Of a stretch of DNA of 64,000 nt, positions 40,601 to 51,900 are shown piece after piece. The notes under the pieces were generated by a model, which was given only the letters and a program-made list of their open reading frames with translations, was not told the DNA's origin and did no database searches. This DNA is from Tubulanus polymorphus (Eukaryota; Animalia; Nemertea). Positions within the stretch are counted from its first letter, which is position 1. Every line of letters begins with the position of its first letter. The stretch is taken from assembly GCF_964204645.1 (NCBI RefSeq), contig NC_134027.1, positions 5,922,485-5,986,484 on the forward strand. Direction: 5' to 3'. A program made the position numbers and the translations under genes.

Positions 40601-43476
40601 TATAAGGAAGTGGACGTTAGTATGTTACATCCTCTGGCGCCATCATTTTACAAACTGCCAATGCGTTCAGCTAGATTAGGGATTCGGGATACAAAACCTG
40701 TCTCGCAGTGGACGGCTGAAATGCATGGTCGACTTGTTGAGATTCTGGCAGGTACATGTGAGACATTCACTATTGAACGAGCCTCTCAGGAGCCAGACGT
40801 GTGCTGGGTAGATTTCATATATGACGGCAATAAATCGCTTCGTCAGAAGTTGATCGACGAAGGTATTGTTGCCGCTTCAGTAGATGGTTCACTTGAAAAT
40901 CTGAAAGAAACAGACCGATTGAAAGCCAACCAAGGCCAAGAAATGAAACTCCCACCAGGCCTGAATGAAGTTGTGGTGATCGATTGTAAAAATCCAGATG
41001 AATTCTATATTCAGTTAAACAATCAGACTCTGATAGATAGATTCAGAGGTATTAATACTAGTATTTTTGAACACTGCACATCAACTGCTGGTCCTTATAC
41101 TCCTGTCATCGGCGAACTAGTGGGTGCAATGTTTATGGAAGATTGGTGTCGTGCCATTGTTCTTGCTGGTGCTCCGGAACCGGGATATTTTAATGTGAAA
41201 TACTTAGATTTTGGAAATGAGAGCATTGTATCTGAGAAAAATATTCGTCCTGCGAGTAGAGCGTTTTTAGATGAACCATATTTTGGAATCAGGTGTAGTC
41301 TAGCTGGTATACATGAACAGGCACAACCTTGGCCAAAGGAGATCATTGATTCGTTCCGTGAAATGCTTTTGGGCAATTTAAACGAGAAAATTACTGTTGA
41401 GTCAGTGACCGGAAACAATGTAACTGTTTATCATGGAAATGATTCGGTTAACTTGAAGTTACAACTTGCACTTGGTGTCGAAAATGCACCGGCACTTATT
41501 CCGAGTAGAGTAACCCTGAAAGATATCGCGAAACCACCAGTGCCGACAGTAATGCCTTTCGAAGTGAGAATCATTAATATTGAATCCCCAGCTACAATTT
41601 ATGTCACAACTGAGGGTAAGTTCAATGTGAACAATGAATAATTGTCCATAGCTTATGGAACAACAGCTTGATGCTTCTTGTTACCTCCTAGCATTGTTTA
41701 TACAGAAGACTCCGCCTAAACCGGAACCAGTCTATCCGGTAATCCATTCAATCCAGTAAAAAGATTTCGGTTATCTACTGTTTTTCAATGCCTGGTACAT
41801 AAATGTCGCCAAATATTCATAAAGACAAGTCTCCATGAACTATTGATATCGCCTAGTCCGGTATCGCTCTATTTGGTAGAATTTGGACTTCGTTTCTGTT
41901 CATTCTGCGTCTAAACCGCTAGACGTAACAGCTTTTTTCCTACAATATTGAATCATACTACAATACTATTGATCTTCCATCTCTGTTGGTAATTCATATT
42001 AAGTCCTATGTTAAGTACTACTGCACGCTCATGATTTAAATTGGCAATAGTTCTCTTTATGCAAGTTCATCATGTGTGAACAAGTACTGAGGAAAGTGTT
42101 GCAGAGAATCATGAAATGTCAAGTTTGTGTCCGGTATATTAAATAAGGAAGCAAACCATCGGTGGTTGGCTACAGTCTGATCTTACGAGGCTCAATAATG
42201 AGCCTCAAGAATCACTGAGTGGCTCAATAGTTTCCTATCTTTGTTCATTGATTTTCGCACTTTTTTAAACCAATAACTGCCTAATTCGGTAGAAAAGTTA
42301 AGCTCCCAACTGTACCAGTTTAGGCTGAGTCTACTGCAGTATCATAGTCTACATTATGAAATGTCATATTTTAGCTTTGGTATCAAACAGTAATCAGATT
42401 GTTGAACATTTGACTGAAAGGATTACCAAGATGCCATCCACAAGATCATATAAACCCATGGTGGGTGATATGTGTGCTGCGTTAAACACTGGTGAGCCTT
42501 CACTCAATAATGTCTTTATTCTGAAATACTCTTGATAGCTCCATAAATTTTAAGTTGGCTGTTCTGTTCAGGTGCCGAGACATTATGGAATCGTGCTGAA
42601 TTACAGGACATTTCACCCGATGGAGAGTACACCGTGTTCTATATTGATTACGCTTATCAAGAGAAATTACCATTAACTCACCTTAAGCCATTACCAAATG
42701 AGTTTCTCAAACAACCACTTGGTTATTACCAAGTAAAACTCTCAGGTGAGTGAAATGTAGGGTAATCTATGAAGTCCTTTACAATTGTCTTTTTCCTCTT
42801 TAATTCATTTCACATTGGTATTAGGATTCTATTTTCTATTTAAAATCCTGAATTTACCTCGACTTTCTAGATATATTTATAAACATAATGATATTATAAA
42901 GTTAAAGTTTGTTTTTTTTTTGTTTCTTTTTTTTTCGTAGGAATAGAAGCACCGACAGGAGGCTGGAATTCAGATGCAGTCTTGTTAATTCTTAAACACA
43001 GTCAAGAAGCATCACTCAAAGTGACTTGTATTGTGGAGACAGAGGCAGCCAATTCACTCGATGTTACCATGACAGTCAATGGCCAGTCACTTAGTACGTA
43101 TGGAAATAAAGTAAAAATACAAATGACACAATTTAGAAATCCAACATTTGAACTGTTGCAATCAGTTTTTGTCTCTTTATTTGTCTATGCAAAAGTGGTT
43201 ATCTTTGGAAATTTGATCGTTCAATGTAGTAGATGAGTTTTTCCAGGGAATTCTACACCATGATATGTTATCAGAATATTTAATGATTTTAGATACTACT
43301 GAGTCAATATTATTGTTTTTTCTTTCTTGTGAAAAGGTGACTTATTGGTACAGAAAGATTTAGCTACACCTTCTGTTCTGTCTGATGAGGAAGATGATAT
43401 TGATAGACAAATTGCTGTTCGTATGGCGCAATTGGAGGAACTCAAGCAGCGCAAATTGAGAAAACTGGCAAACTGA
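26259..43476 (+). CDS. RRM + MYND zinc finger + ~10 extended Tudor domain protein (TDRD1/Vreteno-like, piRNA pathway); ~28 coding exons, roughly 2,400-2,500 aa
   Basis: Likely start MDPRNSSLAAWDPMAEDY (exons 26259-26278, 26403-26501). RRM: KLFIGNV (27259-27420) and IGFLTY (27565-27703). MYND: CHKCG..KCKRCKTPYCSPVCQTADWPSHKSEC (32086-32160, 32281-32377). Tudor cores WxR...F(I/V)DFGN in exons from ~33230 to ~43094. Last exon ~43337-43476 ends KLAN*. Start codon and some internal exon ends are approximate. Confidence 0.85.
26631..26981. mobile_element. Fold-back MITE-like element (~350 bp) in an intron
   Basis: Nested inverted segments: ccatcctcccctggcagggattcgaacctgatggca / tgccatccggttcgaatccctgtcgagggaggatgg; gaccgagtgcgcagctacatgcgcagctttg / caaagctgcacatgtacctgcgcactcggtc; gccaatcagat / atctgattggc. 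Confidence 0.75.
29051..31460 (+). mobile_element. Non-autonomous Helentron-associated (HINE/DINE-1-like) element
   Basis: 5' ttaggccagccgtaggctgagcct; 3' sub-terminal inverted copy ggctggcc followed by hairpin gccccttggggc and tcttgtt. Internal ~150-170-bp tandem repeat (~30999-31317). Flanked by (TTA)n-rich DNA; no coherent ORF. Confidence 0.6.
31461..31752. repeat. Degenerate (TTA)n microsatellite
   Basis: Long interrupted attattatt runs; a similar run lies at 29017-29052. Confidence 0.9.
34762..38897 (+). repeat. Five tandem paralogous Tudor exons
   Basis: Exons 34762-35304, 35440-36024, 36630-37202, 37773-38354 and 38502-38897 all begin R(F/Y)xVxDLVAAKSSDGxW(Y/C)RGQVK and share clear nucleotide similarity. 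Intronic blocks also repeat (aatcttgtgg(g)caacagtgaaatc at ~36209 and ~37482). Confidence 0.95.
41701..42339 (+). mobile_element. Tc1/mariner(pogo/Tigger)-type MITE
   Basis: Imperfect TIRs tacagaagactccgcctaaaccggaac / gtaccagtttaggctgagtctactgca, with TA-CAG-type ends; a second family member lies at 28679-31946. Confidence 0.65.
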
Positions 43477-43733
43477 AATACACAACCATTATTAGTCTAC
43501 ACTTATTGCAATATGTAAATACATGTACCAATGTTTCCGATGTTTTTAGTTTTATGTGAATTAGTTTACCTAGTATGTGCGCATAAGTTCATGCACATCT
43601 ATATACATACAATTCCACTTTGAATGTAGCAGGCAATTAGTAATACATAGAGCAGTTATTCCATTAGCACATGAAACTGCTGTATTTGATCATTTTTCAC
43701 CTTATATATATATACTTTTGAGGAGACCTGCAT

Positions 43734-44144
43734 CAGGCGCGGATCTAGGGAGGGGGCCTCCCTCCTTTAAGTGAAGATCGTTTTTTTTTCGACCGACCTC
43801 CCGCCACTTGCTTAATATTCACGCTGCGCTGGGAAAGGGGAAAGTATTTGTCATGAATTCTTGCCTCAGAATGCAGGAAATGGCCCCAAAACAGTTAAAT
43901 TTCCAAAATTTTCCGCCACTTGCTTAATATTCACGCTGCGCTGGGAAAGGGGAAAGTATTTGTCATGAATTCTTGCCTCAGAATGCAGGAAATGGCCCCA
44001 AAACAGTTAAATTTCCAAAATTTTGGGGCGGTGTGAAGCGTAGGAACGTCTCGCGCCTACGCCACTCGGTGTCAATACAGTATCATCATAGCTACATTAA
44101 TTAGGTGTCCCCCCCCCCTAAATTTTGCTCTAGATCCGCCCCTG
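43734..44144. mobile_element. MITE with 15-bp TIRs and an internal perfect 112-bp tandem duplication
   Basis: TIR caggcgcggatctag / ctagatccgcccctg; tgcat directly repeated on both flanks; 43801-43912 is identical to 43913-44024. Confidence 0.85.
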
Positions 44145-44519
44145 TGCATGATGGATGATTGGTTGCTAATGTAATATAATTGCCAAAGCACTTAGATCTG
44201 TCTTGGATTATGAATAAACCATTTAGTTATTAGTTAATTGCTTTTGTTAAGTCCAGTTAAGGACAATTATACTTAGTTCATACATTTATCATGATGCTCT
44301 TTTGTAATTTGAATGCACCACGCATTATTTTTGATATAGAAATATCATGTCTTGTGTTTTGAAATACTATCTATGCTCTAGGAGCACAAAAATTCATATG
44401 TTAATTAAGTTACGTGTTATATGAATATAGATTTAAAAGATTCATTTGATTTTGTGGGAGACTAAACCCAAAGTTATTTTGCCCTATTCATGTGTTATTT
44501 GCATTTATTATACTGATAT

Positions 44520-44605
44520 GGGCCCAGTTTCACAGCTGATTATAATTCATAGTTGAGATTATAGAAAATGAGTATGATGTCATTATTTTTTGTGAAACCT
44601 GGCCC
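44520..44605. mobile_element. Tiny TIR element remnant
   Basis: gggcccagtttcaca ... tgtgaaacctggccc; ends resemble those of 53272-53372. Confidence 0.45.
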
Positions 44606-45079
44606 TAAGTAAGTGAAAACGTACGGTATATGAAATTCGTTCATACCCTTTGCTTTTGCATGGTCAAATTTTTGATATAAGACCCTTTTGTTATTTTCAT
44701 TTTCTTGTGATAAGGTAACAACTGGCTATTGATGGTAACTGTAAATGAAGCCCTGAACCATTTCAGTTTTCACTATCCTATCAATACCGACAATATTGAA
44801 TTCTAGTTTCCATACACAAGCACTTTCTCACTGGTAATTTAGTGCAGTTCCAGGAATTGTACTATGTACTTTGAAAAAAGAAAAGCTATTGCAAAATAGC
44901 CATAACTTATTGATTTTAATTGTTCAAAATTAATAATTCATGCACAATGTATGGCCATGAGATGCCATTTCATTTTGGAGTTCACATGAAGTTGGACTTG
45001 AATCTCTTCTCTCTTAGTATGGGTATTTGCTCCCACCCCGGTAATAAAGTCATTCCTGACATTTCCATAAGCCTCCAGT

Positions 45080-45680
45080 TTGATTTAAAAGCAAGGCAAA
45101 CAGGCCTACAAATAATGAAGTTGGAATTGTTCCAAGTCACTGAGCTGCATAAAGGTGGCTTCACTCTTAAGGATGAATGGTACGCATACCATTATGCATG
45201 CTCTTACCCTGGTGCACTAAGTCCTTATTATTGCTGCAATTGTTCTAAACTACAATCAGAACACTAACAACTAGCCTTCTGTTGATATCAACCACATCCT
45301 TGCATCATTGTGTATACACATGTAATAGTAAACTAAGAAAATAGAGACTCTGTACTTAAATACTTAGGGGTTTGATATCCAATGGGCCCCACAGGTTTAA
45401 ATTCGAAATAAAGACTACCGGTTACAAATGCCGAAGTTGGAGTTCACAAGTGGTTGAGCTGCATAAATGTGGATTCATTCTTAATGTAAATGGTATGCTT
45501 CGAAGCATATCATTATGCATACTCTTCCCCTGGTGCACTAAGTCTTGTTATTGCCGCAATTGTTCTACAATCAGAACACTAACAACTAGCCTTTGGTTTA
45601 TATCAACCTCATCCTTGTATATCATTGTGTGTACACATGTAAAAGTAAACCCTGTACTTGTCAGTAAGGGGTTGGATATC
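45080..45680. repeat. Diverged ~300-bp tandem duplication
   Basis: gagctgcataaa...ccctggtgcactaagtc...caatcagaacactaacaactagcctt...gatatcc occurs twice (~45142-45380, ~45456-45680), with a fragment at ~46161-46197. Confidence 0.8.
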
Positions 45681-48672
45681 CTATAATTTCCTTGAAAATT
45701 GTCATTTTGTTTCTTGCTGTATGTTAAAAGTTCAGTATGTTAAATCATGTTCATGTTTTCAACAGGATAATGTAAACGCTTAAGTCATTCTTCAGATAAT
45801 GTTGCCTTCATGTACATTTAAGTTGTTCCATGAAAATGTAAGATTATTATTGCAAAAATTTACATGTAATTTGTTGCTTGAAGCTTGAATTATAAATAGA
45901 GCAACTTATTGTTTTTCTAGCCATAAGTTTTGGATTTTAGATTTCAATTCTTCAAGCAATTTCCATGGTTTTGACAAGTACATTGTATTCCTTATATAAT
46001 TATCAAGTTTGTGAAATATGTATTTCCTATTGTCATCCATTCTGGGCTGTCCTCGAATAAAGTAATAGTGCATTCAATGCACGATGCCATTGTGCAGTAT
46101 TAGGTTGCAGCTGCTCAGCCAACTCTGACCACTTCTTGTACAACAAAAATTATCTCACATCAATCAGAACAGTAACAACTAGCCTTCGGTTTATATCATT
46201 CAAACCCAATCTTTTTTAAACCTATGTATCTTGCTCTGCTGACCACAGATGACGTTGTCCCTCATTTATATCGACCATACTGTAAAATAAAAGTTCAGAA
46301 TTAAATTATCCATACAAAAAATGATTACCGGTATCTTAGAACATCTTCTGGTTTTGACCATAGTCAATTGGACTGACCTTACTTAACTGGGATTAGCTCG
46401 CAGTGTTGACTTAGATTTACAGTTGCAAACTCTTTCGATTACTTAGTATCTGGTTTGATGGCAGAGATTTACTCAATTCAGCACCAGGGTAAAAACATCC
46501 CTTCACTCTATACTGATGGCACCAAGGTTTCAAACCACATCTAGTTAACATTAATCTTAAAATGATAAGATAGGTTTTTGGTGGTGATATAAGAAGATTT
46601 ATTTGAAGTTTGACATATTCTTTACTACCACAACGGTAACAACTACCTGTCTAGTGACTGAATGATTTTCCTAACGGTCAATCCCATTGTATGTGATATG
46701 CATTGATGTGTAACCAAACTTAAACAGTAAATTTGTCAATAAATTGAAAACGAAGTTTATGTTACATCTTTAACCAAACTTGTTTGTTGATTCGATTTCA
46801 CAATTACAATTACAATTAGTTTATTTACTCCACAATTATACAATTGCACAGAGCACAAAATTAATTTACAATAGACATTGCAACATTTAACATTAGAAAT
46901 GCATTAAACATTTGTGTATATACAACGCCAGTTTTTTAAGGGTTTAGCAATTTGAGTTGAACAAATCATACAACTTTACGTTATTGGGGAATCTCCAATA
47001 ACGCTCCGGGATGTATCTAGCTCTGGATTCCTGGAAGGGCAAGGGCAAGGCTCTGCTGGCTCTTAGTTGATGGTTGATTGGTGGCGCTCTTGCTGGCCTT
47101 TGACAAGAAATGTAGTCAACTCGTATAAGGATTAACTAAACCTTTGGCATGGTCAAGATACTATCGATGATGCAGAGTTTCAATACTCGTGGCTTAGGAC
47201 TAGTAAAACTTTTTTATACAGATTAAATCTCTAAAAAGCTCTCAGACCTGTCCTCTGTTCGATAGAATCACAAACACGCCACAAATGAGGACAAATGCGT
47301 GATTAGATTTGGGTTAAACTTTATTTCTCTATAAAAAAGTGATATTATAATAATCTTAAGATGGTCACTTTTCGCCGAAAGGACTCTATGAGCAAATTAG
47401 GTAATCGTGAAAAATCAACAGAAATATGATTATCTCAGAGTTGGGTCCTTTCGGTAATTAGCAGGTCAAAACTTCTCCACACGACCTTCGGTATTGGCTC
47501 CGAATTCAAGATGTTTATCGTTATTTTCTCTCTGCTGGTAAATCAGTTTATCGCCGTATATCTCGTTATCTACAAAATTATTGCTATTTTGAGTAGTTTA
47601 GTTAGGCCTACCACTCTTTTTAACGGCTAGATTACTAATCAGAATACCCACAACATAATAAATAACATCAGTTCAGAATGATTTCTCCACTCCAACCAAA
47701 AAAAAACGTCAATCAATATCGACTTCTCGTTTTTTGACATTACCAAAAACGGGCCCTCGTTACTTCTAATTCCTGATGTAAAACCCTGTCGTCTGTGCTG
47801 ATAATTGGCCTACTATTACCACAAAAACGACACCAAGGAACCAGGTCTATAATTGGGGCATCAATCAGTTGTTGAAAAAGATGTTGGCCCGTGGCGGTGG
47901 GTGGGATCGGAAACAATAATGTCGAAGCTGCTGCTGCTACTGATTGATTTCGCTACATCGAACTTCAGTAGGGGGCTGAAATATGCCTTTTATAACCGAT
48001 AGATATTTCATCGTTCATTATTAGGCCTATACAAAACCTGTAAGTTGTCCTATCTTTTATTTGGGGTGAAATCTAGGTTTGTAATAACAATAGATATCTG
48101 TTATATCCGTTGTTATAAGGTTTCACTGTATCACGCAATATCATCACGCACAACTCGATACTGAACTGATTTGCCTATAGTTTAATAACTGTAGCCATCG
48201 TTCCCAAGCAACAGTATTCAGACTAATTAACCTACTATTCCTACCTATTCTGGATTAGCGTAAATACTTATCACTACAGATATCGGCACTGGTTATTGGT
48301 TTGCATGATATTAAGATTGTCTTGAACCCCACACCTGCCTCGGAATTGAACGTTTTCAAGCTTCTATTGAACAGCGAAATCTGAATTTGTATTTTCAAGA
48401 TTAAAGAGATTCAAAATTGAGGCCAAGGGTTGCAGACTGAACATCATAAGGGCCACATTAGGTATTATTACAGTTAACCTTGTGTAATTCAGCTGGGCGA
48501 AAGTCTGATAATCACTTGTTGATTTAATTTTTCTGTTTACAGGAATTAATTCTAAAGTTGTAGTTTTAAAAAAAGGCTTGAAATCCGACTTATTCAAAGT
48601 CGGAGGCTCATCTTGGTCCCATAAGATCTGACTTTTGCAAGGCTAACTGTTATTCTTTCTGTTTCAATGATT

Positions 48673-48703
<31 letters not shown>

Positions 48704-48979
48704 ACGTAGTATTTCTTTATTTATCTCCTTTGATAAAAGTTAGGAGCTGATTAATTTTTGCCAATGTGAATGATGTCCTGAAACTGAAAACCACTGATTC
48801 AAAACGTGCTCCTCTTAATGCAATGAACGAATGATATTATATGCTATAATTTTATTGATTTTACAGATTGCATGCTGATTGAGTCGATGAAAATTCAATA
48901 GACATTTTTCGTTGTCATGGAAAATCCATTTTCGCCAGTTGGTGCCATTTCTTTTTCTGGTTTTGTGCTACAATGATCA

Positions 48980-51900
48980 ATGCAAAAAGTCTGTGTGATG
49001 CATCCCGTACGTGGACTATTAACTGCTGTAATTATGTCAATTTACTGCTCATTCCTGATACGTAATTCAGCCGTGTTTGCCGAAAAGGATATATTTGAAT
49101 TATTGAGGCGAGGACGTGATGAAAATCACCAAGATTTCATCAACAGGAAACCGATTTATATGCGTGTGACAGCTGAAGTCGGAAAGCTATTTGAATTTCA
49201 TTTGCCGATATGTAGAGACAGTCAACATATACTTGTGAAGGTAAAGATAATTTGTTTCTTTTCTTATTCCTGAAATAGGGATTGACCCTGTTATTTATTT
49301 GATCGGGAAGCTAAATTTTTAATCTAATGACTATACAGGCTACTGTTACACTAACTTTGGCTAAAAGCTGTAATCACACAGAGATTATTTGTCCTGGGTC
49401 AAACTGGTACAAAATTTCAAATTTTGCTCGTGTTAATTAAGAGAATCTTAGGTAGAGAGTCTAGATAATTCAAGATCCATAGAAGCAAAAACAGTGCAAA
49501 TCTCATTTTCTAATGAGTAATATATATTTATTAAGCAAACGTTTTCAGGACCTGTAACTCCCGAAAACGTTCGCTTAATAAATATATATTACTCATTAGA
49601 AGATGATATTTGTACTGTTTTTGCTTCTATGGATCTTGAATTATCTAGACTCTCTACCTAAGATTATTAAGAGAATCTATTTAAGAAAATGTGTGAACAC
49701 TGTCCGGTTCTAATTGGAACGGGTCAAATTTAAACCGGTCTCAATAACGACATGTGAGTGCGCCTCTTGTATTGAAAATGGATTTTGAAATTAAAACGTT
49801 ACAACAAACTTTTCTTCCAGGAAGGCTACGTCAATTTTGCGATCATACTGGGTATGATTTAGCCTGAGAACTGAGTTAGTCTTGGCAAATTGCTAAACTC
49901 GTGAAATTTTGATGTAGAGAGAAAGGTTTTTAAACCTTCATTATTATATAACATAACTGTACACAGTATGAATGAAACTTTAATGAAATTCTAAATTTGT
50001 ATAATTACATAATAATATTATTAAGATTATAATTATCACATTGCTGCCTTGTTCATGCAAGGATACCCTCCATGACAAGTAATTAAAGATACAACATATG
50101 ATACTTTACTTAAGCCTATATAAAATCCAGTAATTTATTTACAAAGTTGGAGTGCGTGACACTTGCCATTGTGCATTCAGATGCAATGCATTGTCAATGC
50201 TGAAAGACATTGGTTTTGAATAGCCTCGACTAGCCATTCTAGTGTATGACCTGACACTGTCATGTGGTCCGAGCTATTGCTGATAGTAGTGTGAGAAATA
50301 TTTCTGGCGTTTACGGATTAAGCGGCATTCCAAGATTATGATTTAGACTAAGAATGCGCATATTTCTGATTATGCATGGAAATCATTATGTTTATGGAAT
50401 AAAAATGATTATCAATCTTTCCTGATGGACATTATGGCAACTAAGATAAGGTAGGCCTAAAGATTATGGTTTTATACTTTCAAAATCCTTTAAATCCTTG
50501 CCTTTGATCGAATGTAATAATCATGCCTTCAGCATACTATCTAATTTTTGATATGTTTATACTAAAAAGCTTTATTCATAATTGATTGACATGAAAATTG
50601 TTCAAATCCAGTTGACTATCTCAGGGCGTGAAATGCCTTTACTATGTGTGCATTAAGTACAAGCCTATTTGTCAGACTTTGTTTTTGTATTATTCCTAAT
50701 TCATGTCCTGCCACGTTCAAATTGGCCTAAACCGTGGACTTATAAACTAAATTATTGTCTACTGTAATAAATGCTGTGTAACACCAGTTGGCCTATAGGT
50801 AGGTCTTTGTAAAATCTGATGCCATAAACATCAAACAAATTCACTTCATACAATTTTCCAAACATTTATAATCTTCTTTTTTTTCAGACAAGAGGATATG
50901 GTGAATAATAGGATTATATGGATTCCCACCAGTGCAATTAAATCTGGGTTCCTGATTCTGGTCGCTTTATGGATTATGTTGGCTCTTGGATACATATATC
51001 ATACATATACGATGCATCAGTTAGCGATCTGTCCATCATCGAATCCCGTTCCCGTTGTTGAGACACGATTCAGCGGTACCTATACCCTGAATTATCCTGT
51101 ATACCGCTACGACGTAGCAGCCATCATCGAGCAATTAAAGCGCGTGAACCACCATCCGCATCGGCGTAAATGTCCGTGGCAGATTCCAAAGATCATTCAC
51201 CAAACATGGAAGGATGAAATGATTCCGATACAATTTAACAAAACGATAAGTTCTATGGTTGCCAACCATCCTGACTGGGAATACTGGTTCTGGTCGGATG
51301 CTCTTGCCGAAGAATTTGTGCGAAAACGATTTCCGAATTATCTTCACATGTACAAAAATTACCCGAAAGCGATTAATCGCGCCGATGCAATTCGCTATTT
51401 TATCTTGTACGAGTTCGGCGGAGTCTACGCCGATATAGATATGCAGTCGCTGCGTCCCTTGGACGAACTTCTAGATTTTCACACATTTCTTATTCCCGAA
51501 GACCATCCCGTTCACACAAACGTCGTTTTTCATCTGAATCGAATTCCTCTGAATGCTCTAATGATGTCGGTTCCAAAACACCCGATAATCAAATCAGTTA
51601 TACTTCATTTGGCAGAATTTGCGAAACAGAAAAACGTACTGTGGGTGGCTGGGCCGATGATGTTCGAAAATGTGTTAACGAAATACGAGAAAACTCTGGC
51701 GAGTAGAACTAATGTTTCACTGTGTGATTCCATATATTTGGCCGATTGGCAACAATTCATTCCGCAGCATTCCAAAAATCCACCCGATATAAAATTCTTC
51801 AGAAATAAATGTAAACGTATTCATACCCCGAAGCACCGGGAACAGTGTGTTATTCTAAAACAGCGGAAGTTTATACCGAAACCAATTCCGCCTTCAGCGT

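Noticed and set aside
47460-47475. agcaggtcaaaact resembling SRP RNA
   Set aside because: Flanks do not match SRP RNA helices; short chance match.
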